Below are positions 1 through 13,381 of a stretch of 64,000 bases of DNA, in pieces (positions within the stretch are counted from its first letter, which is position 1; each line of letters starts with the position of its first letter). The notes under the pieces are model-generated. The model was not told where the DNA came from, searched no databases, and worked only from the letters and a program-made list of their open reading frames with translations. The DNA comes from Phoronis australis (lineage: Eukaryota > Animalia > Phoronida), in NCBI GenBank assembly GCA_002633005.1, contig NMRA01000204.1, positions 210,564 through 274,563 of the forward strand. The letters are read 5' to 3'. Both the position numbers and the translations under genes were made by a program.

Positions 1-498
1 GAAGGTCGAAAACAAGATCTGGCAATTTGCCTGCTGTGTGGGATTTTGTATGAAACCAGAAGGTCTATTCCGAAACAGCTAGGCGATGGGTGATTCACAA
101 ACACCCGCGTACAAGCTCTCGTCTATTTAATGTAGCTCTAGACCAGTTAAAAAGTGAAATCACTCTAGCTGACATGGCAAACATTTTGAATGTGCCAGTG
201 GCTCAAAAACCAGGTCGCTAAAGATTTTCTTGATGATTTGTTCAGCAGTGAAGCACACCTCGCTATTTTGGGCGTGTCAATGGCAAGAACAGATTGTTAC
301 AGGGCAAAGAAGCCCTGAACAAGTTGCTGTCGTCAGTTGTTGTCACTTGACCACCATCTACCTGATTTGTGCCATCAGTGATTATTGTGTGGTGGTGATT
401 GACGACTTTGGTCACCATTTTCAATTTAATCTGCTTGTGATGTGAGTCACTTGAAATAAGTACTATAGTGGCTGTATGCTAGAAATTTGTATTCTGTT

Positions 499-2231
499 TT
501 TTATGTACCCTTATATTTAAATGTGGGTGCATGTTGCTATCGTCTCTGTCTGGACGTCAGGCGTCCGTGGCTGTATCTCCTAAGCCCCTTGTAGGATCAT
601 ATTTAATGAGATTTGACAGATGTGTTCCTAGTGAAGCTGATGACAGACGTCTACAAGTTTCGGACAGATTCAACTACTACTCTGTGCACTATTTTTTATG
701 TTTGCCTTTGTATCTTTGGATTTCCTTGATGAATTGTATGAAATTTAGCAAATAAATTTCTTTTGAAGAGATGACGCCTTCTTGTTTTCGGATGGATTTT
801 ATGTATTCTGCGCCACCTGGTGGCAATTTGAACTATTTTGTAGTACATTTTTGACGTGGGTCTTCCTGTCCGCCCAAGCATTCAAAGAATCACTATGAAA
901 ATTGGCAGATGTTTTCCTGGTGAGAAGACTGCAGCTGACACTGATTTTTGAACAGGTTTGCCCACTGTGACGATCCCTAGTGCCATTTTTTTCTATATTT
1001 CTGTCCTCACTGCCACCCTAGAATCTTACTTTTTAGCCACAAGCGAAAACCGCAATCCAACCATGACTGACAGAGGGCACATACCCACTGCCAACAGTTG
1101 CCAACCAGCCAGTCAGTTCCTATGGAAATGATAACAGATGATGACGAGTTTCAGAGCAATCCAATTACAGGTGTGCTCCCTTGTGGTAGTTAGTTTTTAC
1201 ATTTGTCTCAAGTCTTGTTGTCTTTGGAGTTCATTGATGGATTTTTCTGAATGTGGTTTCTATTACGGCGACAACTATGCATTTCCATTTACGGACATAT
1301 TCTGTATATTTTGCGCCACCAAGTGGCCAGTTTGTCTTATCTGCCAAACTGCTCAAAGGATCATTATGAATCGTAGCAGTTGTGTTCCAGATGAGAAGGC
1401 TTGGCATGGATTTTTCGACAGATGTAATAACTCTGGCGTCCCCTTGTGGTGCTTTTGTGTTTTTTGCGACCATAGCTGCTCCAGATTCCTTTGCTTGACG
1501 TCCATGAACTTTTTGGAGGTGTTTTCCTGTAGATGCCCATGACTTTTTGGACAGCCCTGACTATGGGTATGCCCCATCAGCAGAAATTTTATTTTTTACC
1601 TTCGCCGCTATATCCTCTATATCTTCTGCCTCGATGTCTATTATGAAATTCAGTTAGTTTCTATTACAAAGATGGCAGCATCGTTCCAGTTTCTGATGGA
1701 TTCGATGTATTCTGCGCCACCCTGTGGCCATGCCAATTATTTTTGAGTCTGCCTTTTTGCCGTCTGCTTCTGTATCCACCAAACCGCTCTGAGAACCGCA
1801 ACGAAAATTGGCAGATGTGTTCCTTCTGGCATGAGCACGGCTGGGGTGGATTTTCAGATGTAACTTTGGTGCTCTCTAGTGACATAATTTCTTGCGTCTG
1901 ACTATATCTACTAAGAACCCTTTGACAGGTCACAATTTTTCTTGTTAACTTTACGTCTGATGGATAGATTTGTCTTACACCGCTGTGCCTTTGAATTGTA
2001 TTTTTTGCATCTGGTTTTTTTTTTTCATCTGCCTTTGTATTCAGATTTCTTTGGTGGCTTTTCATGAAATTTGACAAACAATTTTGTAGTCAATCTTTTC
2101 CTAATTTCAGGCAGGTTTGATGTATTCTGTGCCATTTAATGGCCATTTTTATGATACTAAAAAGCACCATTAGAAGCACATCATTTTCTTTGCAGCCGTG
2201 GACGCATTTCAACCTCCGCGTTACTCTTGTT
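499..2231 (+). mobile_element. Helentron-associated non-autonomous element (HINE/DINE-1-like) with internal ~145-bp degenerate tandem units
   Basis: T-run, then 5' subTIR/IR hairpin ATGTACCC (503-510)...GGGTGCAT (525-532) and a degenerate GTCY-like tract. Repeated units contain ATGAAATTTGGCAGATGTGTTCCT and GCGCCACCTGGTGGC-like motifs. 3' subTIR GTGGACGCAT (2198-2207), short hairpin and CTCTTGT-TT end. The same architecture recurs at 34580 and 52054. Confidence 0.7.
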
Positions 2232-2269
2232 TGCAGTTGTTGTGATGTTACCTTCTAGTAAAAGGCAGT

Positions 2270-2730
2270 GTTATCCGTTGCAGAGCTCATTATATTAATA
2301 GAAGTCCATTGGTATCGTTAATGGGTTGTCCCTATTTTGAGACATTCTGTAGTTGAAAATATTCTCTCAATACTCTTATTTTGTCTTGCCTAATTTGTAG
2401 AAAACAGTTATACAGCATTGGAAAGTTTAACTTCGTCTCGCCTCCACAGCTAAAACCGGCATTATCCACTTTTACAAAAGTTTTGTGATTGCTGAATTTG
2501 TAAAATTTCCGGTGAACATTTTTGTGTACTTGAAACTGATTAATAACATTATACCCCTCCCAGGTGACATAATTTTGCACAAAGCCTATTTAATCACAAT
2601 TATTGCAGCGATTATCTCCTGATTATTCCTCTTGTCAATGCGTATCCTAGGGGTTTAATTACGCTTTGCCAATGGTAGTATTGCGATTCCTGAAAGATAT
2701 CTTATGAGCTTCCAAAATGCATTAATAAAA
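2270..2730 (+). mobile_element. Heavily decayed 3' coding end of a CR1/L2-group LINE
   Basis: Frameshifted translation gives fragments resembling the post-RT C-terminus of these LINEs (KLINNIIP...NHNY...IIPLVN...RFANG), followed by AATAAAAAA at ~2723. Confidence 0.4.
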
Positions 2731-3344
2731 AATTAGGTCCTCGGCTTAGGTCAAGTAACTACAGGTAATAAATTATTAAAGCAAATATTCATTTAATCTG
2801 TAGAAGTTCCCTTCAACTTGATACAAAAACGTCACTTATTCTGCCAAGTCGTGATACAATTTCATGGATGTATGACAAATATCACTTATGCAAATGAAGC
2901 TATTTGCACAAGTCGTCTGCTTCACTGATGCCGTGCACACAATACATTCAGGAAACAAGAAGCACGCTGTTATGAATATAAATACATATTAATTATATAC
3001 AGTTGATGAGACACGTTCCACCATATGCAAAAAACGATCCATTTCCCAAGTTCATATTTTCTCACTTTGCCCCTATCGTTAACGTGCAATGCTAAATTGT
3101 TTTGTGACCAGACCGTTGCGCGTTTCTCACACCAAACATTTAACACCTCTGATTTTGTTTGACAAAGAAAGCTAAACTGTGAATGGTCAGTGATTGCACA
3201 GAAGCACAAGCTTATCGTTAAAATCATTTTCAACCTGGAAACGCATCTTTGAACATTGCTGTGCTGAGAAGATTGGAGCCATGTCAAACAGAAGCCAGTC
3301 ATGTAAGTACAGATTTTTCATTTTAGTACTTAGGTGCATTATTG

Positions 3345-3780
3345 CTGTCATATCTATGGGCATTCACGCATCCATTGTCCAAGAGTCTCGTGTCTGCTAC
3401 TGTATCTCCTCTGTAAAAACCCTTTCAGGATTTTCATGAAATTTGGCAGATGAGATTTGGTATGGAGCAAAAGACAGACTTTTAGATGGATACGACTTTC
3501 TGTTGTGTTCCCTAGCAGCAATTTTAGTGTTTTGCATTTGCCATTGTATCCACCAACTTTGAGGATTTTTACAAATATAACCAAATAAGTTTCTATTGAA
3601 AGAACGACGACGCCTCAATTTTGGACAAGTTCGACTCTGTTATTCTGGGCTCCCTTAAGTGGCCATTTTCAAATTTGTTTTTGGTCTGCATCTCAATGCA
3701 TTGTCTTTGATGGATCTTCATAAAAATTGGCCTAGGTGTTCCTAATGAGGATGCACACTAGGTGTATATCAATGTCGATC
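3345..3780 (+). mobile_element. HINE family fragment
   Basis: Same unit motifs (TGTATCTCC, GGATTTTCATGAAATTTGGCAGATG, CTCCCTTAAGTGGCC) as 499-2231; ends degraded. Confidence 0.65.
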
Positions 3781-3802
3781 TTTTTTCTATTTGTAGCTCG
3801 TC

Positions 3803-4050
3803 CAGGGCCTGGAACTTTTCTCTTTTAAGAGGATTTCCTCTTTTTTGATTTCCAGTTTCCTCTTTTTCGTCTCCTTTTGCATCATTGTTTTGACTTTGTT
3901 CATACAAAAACCAATATTTTAATATTTTTTAGTTGCAATTAAATTTTATAACAGAGAAAACGTCAGTATCACATGAGCCTGATAATTTGTAAAACGATGT
4001 GTCACCTGGAAAATTTTCCTCCTTTTTGTCATTGGTCATTCCAAGCCCTG
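3803..4050. mobile_element. MITE with CAGGGC-type (hAT-like) TIRs, copy 1
   Basis: TIRs CAGGGCCTGGAA...TTCCAAGCCCTG; body homologous to 53586-53824. Confidence 0.75.
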
Positions 4051-5469
4051 TTCATGTTGTCATACTTTATAACATTTTGTAGTAGACTGCAATGATTCAA
4101 TCCGAGGGCAAAACTTCTGTTTAGAATAAAATAATTCCTTAGGTACCTTCCGTATTCAAAGATCTTCTAATGGTGTGTCTATTTAGATCATTAGGGTTAC
4201 ATTGTACTCGAGCCAAGCCAAGCCAAACCAGCAATTGGCTTGAATGATTCGAAGTACCTTGTAACTAGTTGGTAGTTGGGAAATGAATTGTGTACCAAGA
4301 GTTAAATTGAATTTGTCCATTTCAAAAGCTTGCTACGTTTATTTCTGCAGATGCTGGAAGCTATACAAAATGTTATTTGGTGACGATTAAACCAAGTTGA
4401 CAGTAAAATAAAATTTTCTTAAACTTACTTTAAATTTGTTCAAAATTTCAGCAGAGTTAATTCTCAACCATATTATGCTCTAGTAAACCGAAGACATTTT
4501 ACTTGTGTAGTACTCTTTATTAGTTTATGTAGCGATGCTTTTAATTACTTCCTCATAACGTTAACAATTTTCTTACTTTGACGAGTGACAGCAGCAGGAA
4601 TTAAAAGACTGAAGTTTTCATTGATTCAAGATAGGTATAATTATCTCCTGATTATAACATGAATGCTAGTTATCATGCTCGTGCGATCAATACCAAAGAC
4701 TTTAAGTCAACACGGCGAAGGTGGTGCTCTTGAATGTTTCTGACGCGCTGCAGCTGTTACCTGGCTTCAAGACTCATTTGTGGGACTCGGAAACGGAAAC
4801 TTGTTGACGCGGGTTCTTCACTGCTGTTCTTTATCCACTGCCATGACAGATACGAATAACAGAATATTTTGGGTTAGTGAGTTGGACAGGTACTGTAACA
4901 AAAGAGAGTTGCAGGTTTAAGTGTTTAATACTTGACTCTGGGCTTTTGCAATTTACAGAGTTATGTCCCATGACCATTAGCACAATAGGAACTAACCGGA
5001 GACTGATAGACGTGATTAGAGTAGGTTTACACATTAGCTTTTTAATTAAAATCCAATCCAGTTGAGTTTTGACTTTCCTTGCTGTACCTGGTAAACATAT
5101 TTATTTATCTAGAATTTTAACCTATTTTGTCTTAATTGTTTTATGTTAAGTGCGGTTGAATACTTCAATTAGCTTTTTACAATTAATGCATTGTTGATAT
5201 TCTAATTATTTGTCACAGAATGTATGATGTCTATTTTACAGTCTTTAATAGAATTAATGACGGTGAGATCAGTAGCCTTAATAACAACCAGTTTTTGATT
5301 TCTTTCCTATTAAAGACCGCATTTAAGACAATAAAATAGTTATTTTTACAACCAGTGTTCTTTTATTGATTGGTTTTTATTTTATTATAATAGACAATCT
5401 GCTGTGCATGTTTCTGCTTGTTTACCATGTTCTTCATGAATGTTTCCACATTTCCGTCATCCCCATCAT

Positions 5470-5953
5470 GACGGCGTTCTCCCGTTCAGTGACTACCAGA
5501 GGTTAAGGCTTGTGCGCCTGTGATAGCATCGATCTCCTTTGTTAACTGCCAAGCACAGTCTTTTGTCTGGTAGCTCATTACATACCACATGTGAATACAA
5601 TCAAACCCAGAGCGAACTGGTACGTTTGAAAAGAATAAATTGTCGTAAGTTTGGTGGCGGTCGGGCGATTTTCGCGGGTCAAAAGCATTTGAGGAGGAAT
5701 TCAGGAATTCTATTGGTTTTTGTTCAAATATGTTATAACTTAACTTTTATTTTAACAGTACAGCCCAGTCAGGCTAGATAGGATCTTATTGGAGATTAGA
5801 GCAATTATCGAACAAAAGAGAGCTGGCCCTCCAACCATGAATGCCAGAATGAAGTTAATCAGTTGTGTGCAATATTGGCTACAGGGGTCATCTTCCCAAC
5901 TTGTCCTTGGGCTATAGAATTTAACAAGTTGGGATTAACGGGACAACGCCGTC
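5470..5953. mobile_element. TIR non-autonomous DNA transposon (ACGGCG-ended), copy 1
   Basis: TIRs GACGGCGTTCTCCCGTT / AACGGGACAACGCCGTC (16 of 17 match); body homologous to 21376-21833. Confidence 0.75.
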
Positions 5954-6164
5954 GTCATGTGACTTGTCACATCATCTCATCATCCCAATCACCACCGTTG
6001 TTGCCTTCTGATTCAGTTGACATTGTTGTTTATTCAGACACTGTCACTTCAATCATTCCTGTCTGCCATCCATACAATGGAAGCAATAATGAATCTGCAG
6101 GACTGGTATGTCGATCGTCCTCATCACATTTTTCATCATGGTAGTCTTGATTATCTTCGTCCTC

Positions 6165-6275
6165 CCATCACCACCACCACCATTAAACCACCAATCACAC
6201 CACCACCTGAACCACATTCACGAACAACCATCCACTATCAACCACCACCTTGATAACAACCACCACCACCACCAC
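6165..6275 (+). repeat. Degenerate (ACC)n microsatellite
   Basis: Interrupted ACCACCACC runs; explains the Thr/Pro-rich ORFs at 6017 and 6250. Confidence 0.85.
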
Positions 6276-7285
6276 TATTCTTGAGGTTCAACTTCATCAA
6301 GTTTACCATCTGAGCTATTTTTTGTTATTGCACCTCACAAGATACTTTTTAACCGATAGATCTTCGTACGAGCTGTTTTCAGATCAAACTGAAGACGTGA
6401 AGCAACTTATAAATGCTCTAAGGCTCTTTACATTTCATTGGTCAAGTAAAATCTTGACATTTGGGCAAATATTTGATTTACAGTATCTCATTATTTTGGA
6501 AATGTTACACCATAGTTTGTTTTGCTTTGTTTCCTTAGTAACAGGTGTCCATAGGTTAGTCACCAACAGTTTGCTCGCAACTGATTATGCGCATAAAATT
6601 AGTAACATATCATGACTGGATTGCATAAAACCTTGAATCAGTCTGATTATTGCATGACGTCAAATGCGTTATTCAACAATGGCAATGTGGTGCGTGATAA
6701 TGCGACGTCATTGTTGCTATCCTGTACGCCACTGGGCCCAGGTAAATAGTATATTCTGTAGAACAACTTCCTGGCACCAACTGCAAGAGCGGTATCCAGG
6801 TGATGTAAACTAATGATATTAAATGACAAATCTGTGAAGCGGACAGCTAAACAGTTCAAAATGCATAGTTAAGACATCTTTAATGTATGTGTTAACATTA
6901 GGGATTAGGCCAATAACAGCATAGCTCATTTTTCTGGTCTGATTTTTGAAAATCTTAGTGGTGTGGTATTTTTTCGTTGTTCATTTTTTCAAAAAGAAAA
7001 CCGACCTGATACAAGCAAAAATGGTTCATGATTTTTCCTTGTTGCTTGGCAAAGTATTGGCTTGTCCTTGCTTGTGTACCTTAGTGCATCTTTTCAAAAA
7101 ACAAGACCAGTGTTTTTGTTTTTTTAGTTGGTAAGTGCTGGTCTCGGAATGACCTGAACCATCAGCTGTTCCGCCATATTGTGTTGATTCTAATTTCAAG
7201 AATCTTACTGTAGTCACATAAGCCACACTGATAATGATACCAGTATTGGTAAGTAACTTCATCAGCATTTTATGTGCATGTCATT

Positions 7286-7521
7286 GTCAGCTTCTTACTA
7301 GCCATCCAATAGAAAAATTACCATTACCTTTGGAAATTTTTTATGGCTGTTGACCGACTGTCTTCTTCCTGAGTAGTGATTACCACTTTAAGGAGAAGTT
7401 CTTGAAAATAGTACGTTGTAAATAGGGCTGGGGCATAAGAAAATGGCTGCTAATCAACAGCCATTGAAAATATTTAGAGGCAATTCTCATATTTCTATTA
7501 GATGGCTATTTAGCAACTGAC
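7286..7521. mobile_element. Old foldback/MITE with ~70-bp imperfect inverted arms
   Basis: GTCAG..TAGCCATCCAATAGAAA..ATGGCTGTTGA (from 7286) is mirrored by TCAACAGCCAT..TTTCTATTAGATGGCTA..CTGAC (to 7521). Confidence 0.6.
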
Positions 7522-8761
7522 TATAAATTGATGTCAGTGGTTTTGACAAAGGGCTTAGTAAGTTTTTTCAGTTGACAAAATAAAATTCACCAAGTATGTG
7601 AAGTTTTCTTGCATGCTTGGATGCACTTTATTTGTGATTGACATGAAATGTGTACACAATCTAACTTATCCAAAGGTTGGCTCTCGTGGTCGAATGCGGA
7701 CACAAGATGGCACTGACTGGCAGCTATTTTTCAAATTTTCACTTGTCATAGCTGGATAGCCCCCAATACCTTTTGTGTGGTTTTTCATAGAATTTGGTAT
7801 CAGATAGCACTTGTCAAGCACTGCTATCTGATTGCATTGGTATGTTGTTAAACCTTAATAGTCTCGAATTTTCTGAGATTTTCTGACAACTGTTTTTTGC
7901 CTCATTCTTTGCTGCATGGTTGCTAGCTTATCAGCAGCTGTTCATACCTATATGTTTCTTAAATCAGTTTTGTCGTCATTTCTGATCGGCGTCTATTTTC
8001 ATTGTCGTTGTCTTCATCATTTCCAGTTATTTATGACATTACCAAACGTTTAAGAATTGGGGCAATCCTCTTTGGTTACAGTCCGTGTCCAGTTGACCTG
8101 AATTTTACAGGCAGCATTTCCTATCAATAATGAAGACCTATTGGTTGAAATTACGCCGTATGGCACTGTAATGGACTCTTTTTATTTGCTTATTGAGCTG
8201 TAGCTTAGGTGTCCTTTCACCGATCAGCAACTCAATTTTTCCAAGTGTCACTCTCTAGCGCTTTCATTATCCAAGCGTTTTGTTGAACTCTGAATTCTGT
8301 TTTTTAAGTGGTATAAACTGATAGTATGATATGTAGTGTTCAGCTCTTGGTAAGGGGTAAATTTCTGATTGCTAAGTTATGCTGCTCTAATGCCCTTTGA
8401 ACGGGATGTGTATGTACCTTTTTTGAAGGGAATTTTGGTTAATATGACATAGTTTTATATATCTTTATTTATGATACTGTAAAATGTATTCGGAACCATT
8501 TAAGTTGATTTATAAGAATAAAAATGATAAAGCACCCATTACTCTGATGCTGTTAATCCATGCAAATACTGTGTGGCTGGGTAAATTGCTGTTGTGTTAC
8601 TTTTTATCATTTCTGGCATAATTTCTCAATTTAAATGGCTAATTATGTACCGAGTCGAGGGCAGAAAACCAAGAGCAGGTGTTTATGCCATTAAACACAG
8701 CTAAATTATGTCACCCTTATGGTTCAAAGAATTTTTATTTTATTTACTTCATATATACATA

Positions 8762-9620
8762 TTTTTATGCGGGTGCATATTGCCATCATCTCTGGGCATC
8801 AGGTTGCCCAACGTCCACAGCTGTTTTTCTTTAACCCCTTGCAGGACCGTATTGAAGTTTGGCAGGTGTGTTCCTACATCGCTGGTGACAGATGACGATG
8901 AGTTTTGGACCGACCCAATTACAGCTGTGGCAATCATATTTTTTACGTTTGCCTTTTGTATCTTCAGATTTCCTTGACGTATTTTCATGAAATTCAGCAA
9001 ATAGGGGACAATGGTGCCATTCCATTTAAGGAAAGATTTGACAAATTTTACGCCACCTTGTGGACATTGAGTTGTTATTTGCATCTGTTTCCTGGCGTCC
9101 CCCTCTCTATCTGCCATACCGATCAAAGGATCATTATAAAAGTTTACAGATGTGTTGCTGATGAAAAGGTCACAACACACATCAACATTCGGGTGTGTCT
9201 GACTACTGTGTTGCCCCCTAGTGACTATTTTGTTTTTTTTGCTCTGCGACCGAATCTCCTTAAATCTTTGAAGGGGCTTTGTGAAATTTGAAAGATGTAT
9301 TCCTATGGAGCGGTCGACAACTGGTAACGAGTGTTGAATTGATCCAGATACCACCGTGACTCCTAAGTGGCAAATTTTTTTTTTCTACCTTTGCCTCTTC
9401 GAATTTCAGTAATGTAGTTTCACGAAATTCGGCAAATAGGTTTTTATTAAGGAGACGACAACGCCTTTTTGGACAGATTTGATTTTTCTGCACCTCTGGT
9501 GGCTATTTTTGTTATTTTTATGTCCGTTTTCTGGTGTCCACATCACTATCTGCCATTCCGCTTAAAGGATTATGAAAATTTCTGGCTGATGGTGAGTTTT
9601 GGATGTTTTTTACTATTCTG
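8762..9620 (+). mobile_element. HINE family copy, 3'-truncated
   Basis: Starts TTTTTATGC-GGGTGCATATTG (5' hairpin loop deleted), then about five internal units homologous to 499-2231 and 52054-52823. Confidence 0.7.
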
Positions 9621-12559
9621 GCACCTCTTTTTGCATCTATGGATGTATCTCCTTAACCTTTGGATACAAATATGCAAGATTAAAAAATAAAAATTGCTCT
9701 TACACTTTTCTGAATTATCATTTTGTCTTTGTTTCATGTTTTTTTCCATCAAAATCATATTAATCTTAGTTTTTGATAGACCTTCATGCAAAAGTGTAAT
9801 TTATTAAAAATAAGTCCCAAAAGCGTTTTGGAGAACAATAAGTATCTGAAAGTTTCATATGAATCGGACCAGCCATTTCATGGAATATGATGTTCCAAAA
9901 TTTGGCCATACTTGGACGTTTTTCTAGGGTCCTACATAATCTTATTAGGTTGATGTGCTAAAAGCATCTAACCTTGCCTTTGTTCAAACAGTTTATACAG
10001 TTGTGAAATCCTGTTCAAGTGAAGATGTTTATTTGAATTATCCTAACAACATCAACCTTATTTGTGATAGATTCTGTGGTATTATTTTTTAACAACAGTG
10101 TTGTGGTCGGCTTTAAGGTTGTGGTTCGTTTAGCGAACTCATGATAAACGTCAGAAAAAGGTGAAAATTATCCGGTTTTAAGAGAAGAAAATGTTTCCTG
10201 TTGAAAGTTTTACCACAGTTCTAGGCATCAGTTTGTACTTTTAAATGGTTTCTATTGTTATTGATTTTTATTTTTGAGTGATAGAACACATGATTTTGGC
10301 TAGACTTTTCTAGACAGTTTATGAACTTTACTCTGGAATGCTTTTGGTCATGTGGCCATGATTTTTTGGTAAAAGGTCTATTGATAGAAAAAAATGACTT
10401 CCGACTAGCATTATTCAATTTTTTAATTAAAACTAAAATGAAAATAGTCACAAACCATATCTGGGATTTTTCTTAAATTGAGCCAATTTTTAAGCTAAAA
10501 ATATACCCAGTGTTCACAGCACTTTTCTAAAAATGATGTGACTCTTAATGCTAATTTAAATAATAATGGAAAACGATATGTGATACAGTTTACACATTTG
10601 GAGACTGTGCTGTCAGATAACTCAGACATTGCTACAGTCTGTGATCCTTGGGATATCACATTCCAAAGTTTGACGGCTTGCTCAAACAGCAATGGCTAAA
10701 AAAACGTGTTTGAGTTTTGCGTGTCAACAGTCAAACAGTCACAGATGGTCTTGACAGTGACTGCAACTTAATACCATTTTCCTTCTGTTGCTAACTAAAA
10801 CTTGAAGTGTGTCCATTGAGGGTCACATGATTCGCTAAGGTTAACCTCTGGATATCTTGGAGATACCATCCATGCAACTTAATAGAATGTGTTGTAGATG
10901 ACCCTGCAAAAAGCCAACTTCTCAGTGCTGCATTCACCTCTTTGTTGATCACCGCCATTTTAATTTGTGCAAAGGTTGCTGGGAAATTTTTGGTTTTGGA
11001 AGGAAATTTCCCTATAACACAGAACCATGCTGAGTACCAAGGCTATCTTGCAGTCTGCCTCAGCACAGGTCCACTTCCTGCCCACAAAATCCTTCCCATC
11101 TATTTGTCCTGCCTCTCAAATGAAAGCAGTAGTTGTTTACTCTGCAGATAAGATTTAGAGAGATAACAGAAAAAAATCGTAATCAATAAGAATAAAGCTA
11201 AGTAATGACGACAAAAGTAGTGGAAGTAATCTGTAACTTGTCAAAAATGTGCCCATGAATGTCAACTGTGTGTACGATTGTAGCCTATACAAGGTGGTGT
11301 TTCATTTTGGGAATAGGCTATCTAATTTACATTTCCCCCAAGAAAATTACAAAACAAGACAAAACTTTGTTTTGATTGGTCATTTCAAAGCATTTCTCGA
11401 AAGCTTGAAAGTGCACCGAAAAGATTGATTAAATTTGATTTTGAAAAGCAGCAGTCAGTTAGTTCTTCTGTTGTATTTCTCAAATGCTGTTTATGTTTCA
11501 TTTTAAAATGAATCTTTAGAGTATCAGTCATTGAATTTAGTAAGAAATAGGGACATTTGAAAAATTCTGTCATTCCAAAATTTGTTGTAAACATTTTGAC
11601 AATTCAATTGCCCTTTTCTGCAAGATAAAATACCTATTCTATTTGCCAGACATTCAACTGTCAGAAATAGCAAATTTCAACCTGTCTCAAGTCAACTAAA
11701 AGTGTGAAAATGGTACAAAAAATCAATGTACTGAGGAGTCATTGCTTTTTATAGGCTTTTCGAACAATCTTTCAGACTATCAACACTCCCAATTATTCAG
11801 AAATTTCATAATTCAGTATCGGCCCTATGGGCCAATGGCACTTCAGACCTTTAGCCTAATTCAGGCTATCGAGCTGACCCCGAATTATTTGTTATTCCAG
11901 CGCAGTGAACTTCAAAATATTACCCATACTGCTTTGAATGACCGGTGGCACCTTGAGTGATTTATGAACTGTTGTTGACTATAACATGTAATCATAGATT
12001 ACAGACAACAGATTCGAAACTCCGTCATTTTCTTGCATAATGTCCTAGAGGAGGTGCCATTCTCTAAACAGCAAACTCAGCTTTCGGTTAGTGTATTGTG
12101 AGGGGAACATGTGCTTGTATCTATTTTGCTGTCCAGGACAACGAACAGAAAAATAATTTTGGTATTGAAACGCTGTTCAATTTCTTTCAATACTAGAACT
12201 CTTGGTATCATGAGTACTTTTGACAACAGCTGACCATGATTAGCAGACAACGTACATGCCAGAAGTAATACGTGCTATGTCTGCCAGGTGTCGCTAGTGA
12301 ATAGTGACGTACGGCCTATGCATAAGATCACAGATTTTGTCCATTGAAAATATATGGAGTCAACGGTGGTCCATGCACTATAGTCTATGTTGTAATGAAG
12401 GAACACAATGCTACTGAAGATTGATTGTGTCACTCAGCCATTGGTGTTTATGCAATAGTAGTTAAAGCAGGACCTGAAGATGCAAGCCTTTTGCTATTAG
12501 CTGTTGACACCACTTTCTATTCTTATATGAATTAGACAAAGTACATTTAGACATGGGAA

Positions 12560-13040
12560 CACTAACAGTGGGAGGCTTCATATTTGAACAGAGTGCTTCC
12601 ACATATAGATTACTGTGGCATTTGCCATTCAGCGAAAGCAAGCATAGCTTTTCAATCAGAACGACTACAATAGTCAAGCAGCTTTAGCCATAACAGGAGC
12701 AGACAATGGATCTAACACAATCAAGGTTCTAAATAGTCTGATTCAGTTGTCACTAAGTCAAAGGTCCCTTGCTGCGCAGTGAGGGGAACTGTTGAATACC
12801 ATTAAGATCCAAGGTTTTTCAAGACTGAGTGTCTATAATTGTCAGGGACTGACATTGTAGGCATTTCATTTCAGTCATGTGAATTCTCAGCAAATCGTAG
12901 TAACTGCTCTTTCCGATAATCAGAAACACGTATTCCTCGTTCTTGCAAATATTTCATGGGATCTGGGACTTTTAAAGCGCAAAAATCGGGTGCAGTTTCA
13001 CCAGAGTAGAAAGCGGTGTGACTACCAGGCTGCCATCTTG
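12560..13040 (-). pseudogene. Decayed N-terminus of a DNA-transposon accessory protein (SAP-like start of YqaJ/SWIM-type proteins of ISL2EU/Kolobok-like elements)
   Basis: Minus strand CAAGATGGCAGCC start context, then FCALKVPDPMKYLQERGIRVSDYRKEQLLRFAENS, and frameshifted DY..LKSY..YVEAL. Family assignment is from remembered motifs, not a search. Confidence 0.45.
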
Positions 13041-13381
13041 AATTTCTGTCCACCAAATCTGAGTCGCGTTCAAGCGAGACCCTTTCGTGGCCTCAGTACA
13101 CTAATGGAAGCGCCAATATGAAAGTTTGTCACCACAGCTATCACTTTTCTGAGCAATCCTCTGATCAGGTTCAATGAGGTCAAAGGTCACTCTCAGTGCA
13201 AACATAAAGTTTGAGCTAGACACCAAAGCTTGAGACATATGATCTGTACTTGTAAGCGTTTCGCAATGTAAAACTTTGGAGTTATTTTGTCCACTCATTG
13301 GGTTCATGAAGTGTATGTTAATTTGGAGTTAACTTTTTCAGTGAATTTGTGTTGCCCAATCTCAGCTGGTAAGGGTGTCAA

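Noticed and set aside
3-221. Frame-3 peptide ...HKHPRTSSRLFNVALDQLKSEITLADMANILNVPVAQKPGR
   Set aside because: Internal stop, truncated by the window edge, no recognisable motif.
8749-9354. 201-aa minus-strand ORF and similar ORFs at 1664-2077 and 52401-52889
   Set aside because: Antisense read-through of non-coding HINE units; frames are not conserved between copies.
13358-13372. miR-216-like 15-mer AATCTCAGCTGGTAA
   Set aside because: First base and 3' end differ from the mature miRNA, and no complementary hairpin arm follows.
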